DNA from: Mobula hypostoma
Taxonomy: Eukaryota
Direction of reading: 5' to 3'
DNA: 64,000 nt
NCBI RefSeq assembly: GCF_963921235.1
Contig: NC_086097.1
Span: 220,164,001-220,228,000, forward strand
Part shown: positions 24,052 to 36,374 of the stretch, piece after piece
Numbering within the stretch: position 1 is the first letter of the stretch
How the letters are laid out: every line of letters starts with the position of its first letter
Made by a program: the position numbers and the translations under genes
Notes under the pieces: generated by a model
What the model was told of the DNA's origin: nothing
The model's input: the letters and a program-made list of their open reading frames with translations, nothing else
Databases searched by the model: none

Positions 24052-24860
24052 GTAAACACAAGAGATTCTGCAGATGCCAGAAATCCAGAGCAACAGAGAA
24101 AAAAAAATGCTGGAGGAGATTAGGCAGCATCTATAGAAATTAATAAATCATTGACGTTTCAGTTGAGACACTTCATCAGGACTGGAAAAGTAGGCAGAAA
24201 ACACCAGAATAAAAAGGTCGGGGGAGGTGAAGGGGGACAAACTAGAAGGTGATAGGTGAATCCAGGTGGGTGGGAAAGGTAAAGAGCTGGAAAAGAGGGA
24301 ATCTGATAGAATTGGAGAGTGGACCATGGGAGAACAGGAAGGAGGAGGAGCACCAGGGGAGGTGAGGAAAAGATTTAAGAGGCCAGAATTGGGAATAGAT
24401 GAAAAGGGAAGGAAACAAAAATAATACACTTGTTCATTCACCTCCTCCCTCACCTCCATTAAGGGCCCCAAAAAGTAGTTCCAAGTGAGGCAACAATTCA
24501 GCTACAAATCTCTTGGGGTCGTCTATTGTATCCAGTGTTCCCAATGCAGCCTTCTCTACATTGGTGAGACCAGACAGAAATTGGGGGGAGGGCTTTGTTG
24601 AGCACCTCTGCTCCATCTGCCGAAAGTGGAATTTCTCAGTGACAAACCATTTTAATTCCTATTCCCATTCTGACATGTCGTTACATGGCCTCCTCTTCTG
24701 CCAGGATGAGGCCACTCTCAGGGTAGAGAAGCAGCACCTCATATTCCATCTAGATAACCTCCAGTCTAACAGCATGAACATTGATTTCTTCTTCTGTTTT
24801 TTTTTTCCTTCCCCCTTCCCTCTTGTTCCCCACTCTGGCCTCTTACCTTACCTTCTTAAG
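24052..24860 (+). mobile_element. Penelope-like element: GIY-YIG fragment with an inverted pseudo-LTR
   Basis: gtcgtctattgtatccagtgttcccaatgcagccttctctacattggtgagacc encodes VVYCIQCSQCSLLYIGET. 24052-24420 is an inverted copy of the 3' region. Confidence 0.85.
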
Positions 24861-24919
24861 AGTTTAGAAATATTCCTTAAAATAAAACAAGAAGAAAAAA
24901 AAGAGCACTAAAAGGAATA

Positions 24920-26110
24920 AAGATTGGTAATGCTCTTCAAGGATCAGTGTTGGAACTGCTGCTGTTCAGAACTTACATTATATAATTTTTAAACATAAAA
25001 TCAAAATATCAACTAAATTTGTAAATGAGATCAATTACAAGTTTGGGTTAACTGTCAGACAGTCACTAGTGAAGAGGACTGCAAAAAAAATGGCATTAGT
25101 AAACTTGCAGAATGGCCAAACGAAGTTCAGTACAGATAACAGTACATTTTAGAAAGAAGAATAGGTAGATCACATTACTGGATGCGAATCGAGTTGGTGC
25201 AGAGGAACACAGGAAGACTGTAGCACAAAGGCATCAGTTATTAAAATGTGCCAGAGATCAGCAAGCCATAAAGAAAGTAAACAAAGCATTGAAGTTTATT
25301 TTTAGAGAAATGGAACTGAAAAGTAGGTAAGCTGCACAAAATTTGCATGCAGCCTTGGAATACTGCTTCTTCCTTTTGCCCAGTCCCTTAGGATTTCGGA
25401 AAACCTGTCTGCTCTTTGGCTCTGAAGAGGCCAAAGTTGTAACACTAGACTTTTCCACAGGTTTGCAAAGCTCCCTGCTTGGGCTGACTGAAGGGTAGTT
25501 GATAAGGTGGTGAGCTCCTTCTGTCACTTACGTTCCCAACGTATGGACAGAAGGTTCTTGTACAATCACAGATGTTTCTTCTTCATTTAGCCAGACACGC
25601 CCAAGAGTCAATGGGAATGTTGTGTTTTTTGTTTTCTGTAAAAAGCCTTTAAGAATTATCCTTCAATCTTTTCCTCTGTCCAGTTTGTGATCTCTACCTG
25701 TAACAGAGCTTTTATGTACTTCTGGTTGTCCTTTTATAAAAAGGACATAGAGATACTGGAAGGATGGCAGAACAGGTTTATGCAAACAACATTTGAAATA
25801 TGTGGGTATAAATATCAAAACGTGTGAACAGACAATCATCTTTCTCTTCAGAAACAATGGGTAAACATGAGGGCTTTGAAATTATGAAGGGTTTTGGTAG
25901 AGAGAATGCAGAGACTAGTTGAATTTGTAAGAAAGTATAAGTAGAAGGCATCCCCTTAAGACAGTAAACGATGTCAAACAAGGAAAGGATAGAGGGTTAT
26001 GCTGAGCAACGTAGGTGAAGGGAGGTGGGAGGAGGCTCATATACAGCAAATATACTGGAATAAAATGGTAGGGATGAGTGGCTCATTTCTCTGCGCATTG
26101 TATTATGTGA
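24920..26110 (+). mobile_element. Very old CR1 remnant with a minus-strand RTE 3' fragment at about 25372-25715
   Basis: caaggatcagtgttggaactgctgctgttc (QGSVL). The insert reads QRKRLKD..HNIPIDSWACLA across frameshifts, like an RTE C-terminus. Confidence 0.55.
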
Positions 26111-27627
26111 TCCTATGTATGTGTAGCTATTGAGGAGATGACATCCAACAGATCTAACAATTCTATCTCTTGCCACAATTCTCTGCAGAATGCTCATTCA
26201 GTTGTAAACTGTGAATGGCTGCTTTGACATGGTGATCTTGCCAGGAAACCCTGGAGATTAATGGTAATGCTTTACTCCTAATGGATGCTTCCCTGCCTGG
26301 CTGCACCTTTGAACACTTGTCCGGTCCATACCGTTGCAGTGGCTACCTGCTCCTATTTGCCCTACTCTTCCTCTGACCTTATTACACCATTCTAAAATCC
26401 TTGCTTCTCAGCTGCCCGCCCATACAATAAAAAAATTCTGACCAAGATGGGTCCTTAATATGTACAACTATTATTGCTTCCTTCCTGTCCTTCTGAGATT
26501 CTGTACCATGTGACTTCACATTCTTTGCCATTTTAATCTGCTCCCACTGGAAAGCCAGAATGAGTAACTTCTTTTAAATTTAAAGTGGAATTAGATGCAA
26601 CCTCTTCTCATTCCTAGAGTCCACGCAAGTAATATCCTGATATGTGCTGCATGTTAAGATATTCCACACACGCAGGTGCCTCCATTCATTACCAAGTCAT
26701 ATGTCCTGAGGACTCTAAAGCAAAACCACAAACTTAATGAAAGACAAGTGACCAGTCTTGTACTGAATGAAGTTCAGTCATATAGCACTGCATTATGTGA
26801 TAGAATTGCTAGGTCACTAGTTTTCTTTTTGATTTTACAAACTACATTCCATTGAGGCATGTTATATAATCTGAAACATGATAAAGTCAAAATATGAAAG
26901 TATTTATGTCTTTAGTGTCTCTAGGCTATTAACGTTAGCAAAGATCCCACTTTCTCCTTTAGTTCTACATTATGATAGTTGTGAAATAAACATTTAACTT
27001 TACATTGTTGCACTTCTGCTGTTAAATTAGCATTCCTGAAGAACACTGAAGCACCAACTATAGTTTTGGATATAGACAAAGAGGATTTGCAGACTGCTTT
27101 CCCACCAGTCCCTTTCTGGATATCAAATAGCACATCTGTCTTCTCTGTTCCAATAATTGTTTAAACAGAACTTAACCTGAAAACATGGGAAATAGTCTCA
27201 AAACATATTTCCTCACCACCTCACAAGTTTTTAAAAGAAGTAAAAGTTAGTATCACTTTTGATTGCTGGAGTGCTTCCAATATTTTCAATGGAGCACACG
27301 AACACGTGCATTTTGCCTCTCAAACCTGATCAGTCATTCAATATGATTATGGTTGATTAATGATTTAATTCCAGTATACTGCTCTGTTCCACGATGCCTT
27401 AATAGCATTTGATCATCAACAGCATTTGGTCTATCAGTCTGAGATTTAAAATTAGAGAGAGATTAAAGACAGAGATTACCTTTATTTGTCACAGGTACAT
27501 TGAAAGATACAGAAAATTGCATTGTTTTGCATCAAATCAAATAAAAACTTTGGCATTTCATCAATTGCCAACTGTAGGATTTCAGAACCTTTACCATCCC
27601 TTGTATTTAGAAATATATCTTACACTC

Positions 27628-27765
27628 CTGAACAGGTATATGGAGCTCAGAAAAATAGAGGGCTATGGGTAACTCTAGGTGATTTCTTAGGTAAGGGCAT
27701 GTTTGGCACAGCTTTGTGGGCCAAAGGGCTTGTATTGTGCTGCAGGTTTTCTATGTTTCTATGTT
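27628..27765 (+). mobile_element. Short CR1 3' end
   Basis: Same family as 28991, in the opposite orientation. Ends ttttctatgtttctatg. Confidence 0.85.
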
Positions 27766-28990
27766 AACTAATCATTACAAATTGTAAGTTTGATCTATTT
27801 AACTGGATAGAATCTGCTAAAAACCCATTTTTTACCTTCACCATCTTTGAGAGCTGCGTTCCTGATAATACACTGAATATTGCATACGCTATAATGAATG
27901 CATCAAAAGACAAAGTAGCTTATTAAACTAGGACGGGAGAAAATATCGAATACTGTTCTGTTCACCAATTACTACTTCCTTACAAATATCAATAAAATCA
28001 AAGAATTATTCAAAGCAATCAAGTAATGAAACAATCATTCCCTTTAAACCAAACAAAGATATGGGCAATCCCTAAAAGGAATGCAAATTTATTTGTAGTG
28101 ACAGCAAATGTGTATTTAATACATATCTAGGCAATTAACCTAGTTTTGCTGCTAACATAATTACTTATAATTACAAAGAAAATATATGTAAATCCAAGCC
28201 ATTTTCATTAATGCCTGCTTCTTCATATACATTTTGTCCAACTATTCTACTGTTGATAATTGTTTTTTGTTGGCCAGATTATACATTAGTACAGTGCTAG
28301 TGATAACCAGTCTTTTCCAAGAAACAAAAGATGGTCTTTCTTCTGTATGATTTGTACCAACAACAGTATAGGACTCTGAGCCCTGATTTTTCATCTGTAT
28401 TGCTTTGCCTGTTCAGGCTAGAGAAATTTCTCAGCTGTTATAAGCATCTATGTCCCACAAAGACTTACACCTACAGCTGTTCTGTCCCTCACAAACGAGA
28501 CAGAAAATAATGATTTTTTTTAATAGTTTAAAGGGGAATGGCACATTTTCTGTCACAGGAAGAAAAATCCATAGCAGGTTGTATATAATACAGAAAATAA
28601 CTAGTTTAGACAGAGGAAAATATTGCATTATCTAGTAAGTCATTTCTCTGTGGCTTTACTGACAATTGCTGATTTATATCACAATTATTAACAGTGGTTG
28701 ACTCGCCTGGTTTTGTGGGCACAAATATTTAGATAAATTAAATACAAACAGAATAGCATTGGATCTTAGACATACAAACTTCTGTACTGAATTCAGTGCA
28801 ACATATGTTCTTCCTGTGATATTATAAAGTCCTACCAGTTGGAACTCCCTGACCTGCAGAAGAGGATGTCATCTATTTTTTCATCGTGCAAGTACAGTTC
28901 AATGACTTAATCTTTCATACTGTACAACAATCAGCATGTAAAATCTACCTTCCCAAATACAAAACCAATACAGTTTCAACACATAACATT

Positions 28991-31716
28991 TAGAAACATA
29001 GAAAACCTACAGCACAATACAGGCCCTTCGGCCCACAAAGTTGTGCCAAACATATCCCTACCTTAGAAATTACTAGGCTTACCTATAGCCCTCTATTTTT
29101 CTGAGCTCCATGTACCTATCCAAAAGTCTCTTAAAAGACCCTATCATATCTGCCTCCACCACCATTGCCAGCAGCCCATTCCACGCACTCACCACCCTCT
29201 GCGTAAAAAAAAAACTTACCCCGGACATCTCTTCTGTACCTACTCCCCAGCACCTTAAACCTGTGTCCTCTTGTGGCAACCATTTCAGCCCTGGGAAAAA
29301 GCCTCTGACTATCCACATGATTAATGCTTCTCATCATATATTACACCTCTATCAGTTCACCTCTCATCCTCCGTCACTCCAAGGAGAAAAGGTCAAGTTC
29401 ACTCAACCTGTTTTCTTAAGGCATGCTCCCCAATCCAGGCAACATCCTTGTAAATCTCCTCTGCACTCTTTCTATGGCTTCCACATCCTTCCTGTAGTGA
29501 GGCAACCAAAACTCAGCACAGTACTCCAAGTGGGGTCTGACCAGGGTCCTACATAACTGCAACATTACCTCTCGGCTCCTAAATTCAATTCCACAATTGA
29601 TGAAGGCTAATACACTGTATGCCTTCTTAACCACAGAGTTAACCTGTGCAGCTGCTTTGAGCATCCTGTGGACTCGGACCCCAAGATCCCTCTGATCCTC
29701 CACCCTGCCAATAGTCTTACCATTAATACTATATTCTGCCATCATATTTGACCAACCAAAATGAACCACTTCACACTTATCTGGGTTGAACTCCATCTGC
29801 CACTTTTCAGCCCAATTTTGCATCCTATCAATGTCCCGCTGTAACCTGTGACAGCCCTCCACACTATCCGCAACACCTCCAACCTTTGTGTCATCAGCAA
29901 ACTTACTAACCCATCCCTCCACTTCCTCATCCAGGTCATTTATAAAAATCACGAAGAGTAAGGGTCCCAGAACAGATCCCTGAGGCACACCACTGGTGAC
30001 CAACCTCCACGTAGAATATGACCCATCTACAACCACTCTTTGCCTTCTGTGGGCAAGCCAGTTCTGGATTCACAAAGCAATGTCCCCTTGGATCCCATAC
30101 CCCCTTACTTCTCAATAAGCCTTGCATGCGGTATCTTGTCAAATGCTTTGCTGAAATCCATATACACTACATCAACGGCTCTATTTTCATCAATGTGTTT
30201 AGTCACATCCTCAAAAAATTCAATCAGGCTTGTAAGGCATGACCTGCCTTTCACAAAGCCATGCTGACTATTCCTAATCATATTTTGCCTCTCTAAATGT
30301 TCATAAATCTTGCCTCTCAGGATCTTCTCCATCAACTTACCAACCACTGAAGTGAGACTCACGGGTCTATCATTTCCTGGGCTATCTCTATTCCCTTTCT
30401 TGAATAAGAGAACAACATCCGCAACCCTCCAATCTTCCGGAACCTCTCCTGGCCCCATTATTGAAGCAATGATCATCGCCAGAGGCTCAGCAATCTCCTC
30501 GCTTGCCTCCCACAGTAGCCTGGGGTACATCTCATCTGGTCCCGGTGACTTATCCAACTTGATGCTTTCCGAAAGCTCCAGCACATCTTATTTCTTCATA
30601 TCTACATGCTTGAGCTTTCAGTCTGCTGAAAGTCATCACTACAATTACCAAGATCCTTTTCCATAGTGAATACTGAAGTAAAAGTATTCATTAAGTACCT
30701 CTGCTATTTCCTCCGGTTCCAAACACACTTTCCCACTGTCACACTTGATAGGTCCTATTCTCTCACATCTTATCCTCTTGCTCTCCACATACTTGTAGAA
30801 TGCCTTCCAGTTTTCCTTAATCCTGCCCGCCAAGGCCTTCTTATGGTCCCTACTGGCTCTCCTAATTTCCTTCTTAAGCTGCTTCCTTATTAGCCTTATA
30901 ATCTTCTAGATCTCTAACATTACCTAGCTCTCTGAACCTTTTGTAGGCTTTTCTTCTTGTCTAGATTTACTACAGCCTTTGTACACCACGGTTCCTGTAC
31001 CCTACCATAACTTCCCTGTCTCATTGGAATGTACCTATGCAGAACTCCACACAAATATCCCCTGAACATTTGCCACATTTCTTCTGTACTTTTCCCTGAG
31101 AACATCTGTTTCCAATTTGTGCTTCCAAGTTCCTGCCTGATAGCCTCATAATTCCCCTTAGTCCAATTAAACGCTTTTCTAACTTGTCTGTTCCTATCTC
31201 TCTCCAATGCTATTGTAAAGGAGATAGAATTATGATCACTATCTCCAAAATGCTCTCCCACTGAGAGATCTGACACCTGACCAGGTTCATTTCCCAATAC
31301 CAAATCAAGCCCAGCCTCTCCTCTTGTCGGCTTATCTACATATTGTGTCAGGAAACTTCCTGAACACACCTAACAAACTCCACCCCACCTAAACCCCTTG
31401 CTCTAGGGAGATGCCAATCAATATTTGGGAAATTAAAATCTCCCATCACGACAACTCTGTTATTATTACACCTTTCCAGGATCTGTTTCCCTATCTGCTC
31501 CTCGATATCCCTGTTACTATTGGGCGGCCTATAAAAGACACCCAGTAAAGTTATTGACCCCTTCCTGTTCCTTACCTCCACCGACAGAGACTCCGTAGAC
31601 AATCCCTCCATGACGTCCACCTTTTCTGCAGCCTCTTTTTCCTCCCTCCCTGTCCTTTCTGAAACATCTAAAACCCGGCACTTGAAGTAACCATTCCTGT
31701 CCCTGAGCCATCCAAG
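28991..31716 (-). mobile_element. 5'-truncated CR1 LINE with frameshifted EN and RT
   Basis: GVFYRPPN, VMGDFNFP, HFGDSDHN, KSPGPD, SQHGF, DFSKAFD, GVPQGSVLGP, KFADD and a TTCTATG tail. Confidence 0.95.
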
Positions 31717-33017
31717 TATTAAAATAGTGTGATTATCAGCTTCAATAGGTGAATCACTACTGACACTAGTTCTAAGAGCAGGTATAAAGGGCAACACTTC
31801 ACCAGTGTCATAAATTCCTTTAAGTACTCTAGAGTTTGAAATCTAGATTTATGAAACATTTTCAGACTTAAAATTGAGAGAAAATGATCTTAGTTTGCAG
31901 TCTGTACACTAACATTACAAATGATCAATCTCTATATTTTATTAAAAATCATCTTATAGTCCTTCAATTTTCCCTTCTAAAGTGAGATACCACTTCTCTG
32001 CTCACAAGCAACTTCCTCCAAGGAACCCCTCAATATTACTTGACTGCTGAAAGATGAACAAGGACTCATTAATGAAATGTACTTCTGCTAAACAAATGGC
32101 CTGTATTACCTGGTTAATTTTAGCCTTCACAAATTCACAAACAAATTTCTGTCAGTGTTTCAGAATTTACCAAGAATGAGTGAAGCAATATTATTCTTTG
32201 AACATTATCAAGGTTATTTCTGCAACATATCAGATACCATGTAACTTTTGATAATCAAAATATCAAATTAATAACCAAGACCATTCTTTTTTATTCAAGA
32301 CTCCTAGCACAAGTTTGCACCAGAATCTGTCAACTGAATGAGTAGCTCAAACTACAATTATGATCAGCATTAAATAACAGAAGAATGTTCAACTATTTAA
32401 TTATTTAATATATTCCTGGTACAGTATTGAACAGGACTGGTGGTATTTTCAGTGTAGTATCTTTTCTATAAATTTGTTTTGGCATTCATGATACTGTTAA
32501 AATATCAAACATCGGAATCTAAGCTATGTTTAGTCTATATTCTAAGCTATCATGATTATGTGTGCATTCTTACAGAATTTATGTTAATTAACAGATCAGT
32601 GCCAATAGCTTGCTGTTGAGTAAATAATTCAGCCTTACGCAACAATCTTTGAATCAAATATGAAATGATCAATAGATTCCTTAAATATCATTCCTTCCAA
32701 ATTATTCAATGAAATTACAGTGTTTATTTATACACCCTTTTGTACATCTGATAAGAGCAGTCAGAAAGATACCACTAAGTAATAATCTTGTGATATTTAC
32801 ACAACAAAAAAGAACTTGTACTACAGTCGTAGAGAATTACAAATCAGTTTTGAACTATTAAAATACGAAGAGAGAATACAATGATATTGAATAGCGATGA
32901 AATTGGGTTTCGGTTTAGTTCGCATTTAAAATTCAGTACGTTATCCGCCTCAATACAAGTTAAAGGTTTACTCTTACTGCTGAAGTTGGCAGGTGACTGC
33001 TGTAAATTCTCACTTAC

Positions 33018-33798
33018 CCAAGTAGAGGGATGCGTTCTCAGCTTTGACGTTGTCGTCCAAATATGTGGGCCCCAGCGTGTAAATGGGGGTTGAGCCCACG
33101 CCGATGAGCAGCTGGGCGCAGACAAAAAGAGCCACATAGAGTGAGTGCTGTCGGCCGGAGGAGTGTCTGCCCGCGCAGCCAGACCCCGAGTCTCTGGCGC
33201 CGGTGCCATTGCTGGCGCTGCATAAACCCTGCCCGGACGAGGTCGTGTTCAGCTCCTGGATCTCGTAAGCGGGAGAGATGAAGTGAGGGAGAGTGAAGAG
33301 AGCGGCTCCGACGGCGATGAGGAAGCCGCCCACGGCCAGCCAGCGGGGTCTCCGACCCCGACCCCCGAAGTAGCTGATGAAGACCACCACCAGCAGGCTG
33401 CCGATATCGAAGCAGCTTACTAGGAGACCGGACTCGGAGCTCTTCAGGTTGTAGCGCTTCTCGATGGTGGTGATGACGCTGCTGAGGTAGCCGGACACCA
33501 TGAGCGACTGGATGAAGGTCAGGCAACACATACACGCCAGGAAACAACGGGAGTCGCTGAGCACCCGGCACCGGCTGTCCTTCCACCCCGGCGTCGTTGC
33601 ACAGCTGCCGCTGCCCGGGGTGCGGGCTGTAACCGCGGCCAAGTTAGCGCCCCTGGCAGTCGGCGACCCGGGCTGGCCGACTCCCAGGGACCAATCATAA
33701 GGGCCGTTCAACGCCGGCAAACTTCTGGACTGACTGGGCGCCGGTTCCTGTCCGCGGAGCTGAGCGGCATCTTCCCGCAGCGAGCCGGCCGAAGCCAT
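33018..33798 (-). CDS. SLCO5A1: First coding exon of solute carrier organic anion transporter 5A1 (or close paralogue)
   Basis: OATP N-terminal helices: [73 protein letters not shown] in aggATGg context. Phase-1 donor G|GTAAGT at 33017-33012, so the ORF track's final GK* is intronic read-through. Confidence 0.9.
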
Positions 33799-34400
33799 CC
33801 TCGCTCCCCGCTGCTGCCGGCGACGATTCTCGCTCTGTCTACACTCCTCCCCGTCGACAGGGAAGAATCAAGGCTCCTGGATCGCCAGGCGAGTCGGGAC
33901 AGCGGGGAGCAGCGAGCAGCGGTTTGGAGGTTGGAGCCGGTGTGTGCCCGGCGCCGGGGCACTGAGTGACAACTGGCGGCGCGGTGCGGGCAGGCGGACC
34001 GACTGGCTGCTCATGGCGGACCGGCACTGGCTGCTTTCTTCTCACCGGTACCGCAGCGGGTGGCCGGAGCTGCCGGGCTGCTGAGCTGTCGCCGGCTCCA
34101 TCGTCTGTGCACTATGCAGGAGAGCTTCGACCGGTGGCCAGGCGAGATTATCATTAACTACCCTCAAACGCACTCAGAGTGGGAGGGTTGTAGATGTTGG
34201 GTGGTGGGGGAGGGTGCAATGTGGACAATGGAGTTTGCGCAGCGTTCCCCAGGCGGACGAACGCTGCCTGTCACTGCCACCACAGGCTGATGCGGGCGCC
34301 CCACATAAGCGTGGTTGGGTATTGCGCTTTGTTCCTCTCGGCTATTATTTATGAATGAATTGTGTTTCGTGGCACGCCGGATGCTACATAGGACAAGCAT
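33030..34400. promoter_or_regulatory. CpG island over the SLCO5A1 start and 5' region
   Basis: Abrupt GC- and CpG-rich non-repeat segment, bordered below by very AT-rich DNA. The TSS cannot be determined from sequence. Confidence 0.8.
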
Positions 34401-35226
34401 ATCAGACAGATGCCCCGCATCCCCAACTCGACATTATAATTACAATTTTTTTGAAAGAAACTAAATGCAAGCCTAATTCTCCGCAGGTTCGTAACCCGGG
34501 GTGACTACAAGCACTCAAGCAAAAACCGCCATCACATTCCGCGGTTTTAATAAGCGTGAAGAAATCTATGTCTAGTACAATGGCAAATTTATTCGCAAAG
34601 TAATTTCCATTAAAATGAAACACAAACGCTTGATTCGATTATCCCGTGAGTAGAAGATCTGGAACATATGTTGGCATGCGGCTGAAAATAATTCGGACAC
34701 CGTTTCACTACTGCTCAAAATAATCATCAGTATTTTTATTTCAAAAAGTAGTATACGTGTTACGCTCCTGTGTCTGCGTGATAAATCCTCACCCACCCCA
34801 CCCCACTCCTTGATAAATTCTCATTCGCAGAAGTTTAGGAGCTTTAAGAATAATGGTTATCCTTGAAACAAGTTGTAGAGCGTTCTTGGTATTTTTTCAG
34901 ATTTGATTACCCCTAATTTAAAAGGATCGATGTTCATAGAAAAGAATACCGTACGGGTTAATTTTGCTTTAAGTGATGTGTAGTTCCAATCAATGCTCCC
35001 TCACTTTCAGAGTAAATAGGACAACTTCTGGAGTCCGCACATGCGCCGAGTGGGAGCTGCAAAGTTGTCCAATTGCCCGTTTCCAGGTGGCGTGCGAGCG
35101 GTACTTCAGCATTGACATCCAGGTAAAATTCCATTATTTACCCATTGGTAAACACGCCAGAAACCTTTAGACTTGGTGTTTTAGGTGTAAATGAACGTTT
35201 AACATGATAAAGCATTATCACTGTCA

Positions 35227-36374
35227 CATTATCATTTGCCACCCACATCCAAAAACTCCGAGGGGAAGTTGACTCTCGCTACTCTCTCTTGGAAAAAAAT
35301 AGCAGGCACGAAATGAGGAGCTAATGCTCACACACTTAGATCAACTGCCCTAGCACTCTGCTATGCATCTACTGTGGGCCTGTGTGGGGCAGATCAGCCC
35401 ATGCGAAGAAAATAGATCCGGTCCTTAACGAAGCCTGCCGAATAATCACGGGCACACTGCGCCCCACACCTACTAACATCATTTACAGACTTGCAGGCAT
35501 TGCTCCCCCAGAGATCCGAAGTAATACAGCAAAAAAAAACCGGCAACGGCTTCGACAAGCCGGCTAAGCCAGGTGAGGGTAGCCGACGGGTCTCAAACCC
35601 TCGGTGAGATGGGGAGTTGTCTATCCCAGCGTGTGAAGGCAGACTCCGGCGGATTGAGCGGACGAGACCTATGGAAGGTCCAATGGTCTAGAAGAAGGCG
35701 GTCTCGGCAATAGAGCAGTACAAGACACAGAAGACGTCCTGGTCATCCACTGAGCCTAGTCCCATATCCAGCCGTCTCGACTCTTGTCTTGCCGCTGGAT
35801 CCAGATGGGAATTGGGAAGAGAGAGTGAGGCTGACGCTGCGCAACTCTCCCTCACTTAAATCCAAATCACGCGCTAGTCTCGACACTATCATAATGGTGT
35901 CCAGGTCCTCATCGACGTCGACGATGGACGAACACTCAACAAAAACTGAAAAAGGCAAACAGAACTCGGATCCACGGCACCCAGTATGTCATCATGTGCC
36001 AGTTTCCAACCGCTTAAAATCGAGGAAAACCTTTGCCACAGTGGAAGAACTACTGCACTGAACATACAGGATTGACCTCTGGCAACAGAACCCCATCAAA
36101 CAATACAGTGCGAGATCCCACAGAAATGTTGCCAGACGGGAGTGGTACACTCTCAACAGAGAGAGAGAGCTTGAAGGACGGGAGACAATATGGTGAAACG
36201 GGGTTTAAAGATCAGCGAATCCGGTGAGTGTGGCGAAAGGGTGCAGAACATTGAACACGTTCAGTGCAACTACTCACTCTCACCTGATTTAGCTGACACT
36301 GACCTGCTCAACATCAACCAAACAACACTAGAGTGGCTGGCTGTCTGGTGTGACAAGCTATGATGATGATGATG
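35227..36374 (+). mobile_element. 5'-truncated Vingi/Ingi-like LINE
   Basis: AGTK*GANAHTLRSTALALCY..VWGRSAH..RIITGTLRPTP..LAGIAPPEIR, a C-terminal ECGE..QNIEH, a (TGA)n tail and TSD ACTGTCA (35220-35226, 36375-36381). Confidence 0.8.
35540..35938 (+). mobile_element. Non-autonomous RTE-derived element nested in the Vingi copy
   Basis: CpG-rich insert in an A-run, ending gtcctcatcgacgtcgacgatggacgaacac. The Vingi reading resumes after it (KTEKGKQNSDPRHP). Confidence 0.65.

Noticed and set aside
1..33017. Further SLCO5A1 coding exons
   Set aside because: I found no minus-strand match to the expected next exon (approximately AIMYVMGALGPAVGY...). A short exon could be missed by eye; TBLASTN would settle it.
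33010..33017. Stop codon suggesting a truncated 262-aa SLCO protein
   Set aside because: The stop follows a canonical GTAAGT donor, so it is intronic.
33038..34290. Overlapping alternative-frame and antisense ORFs in the CpG island
   Set aside because: Expected from stop-codon scarcity in GC-rich DNA, with no recognisable homology.
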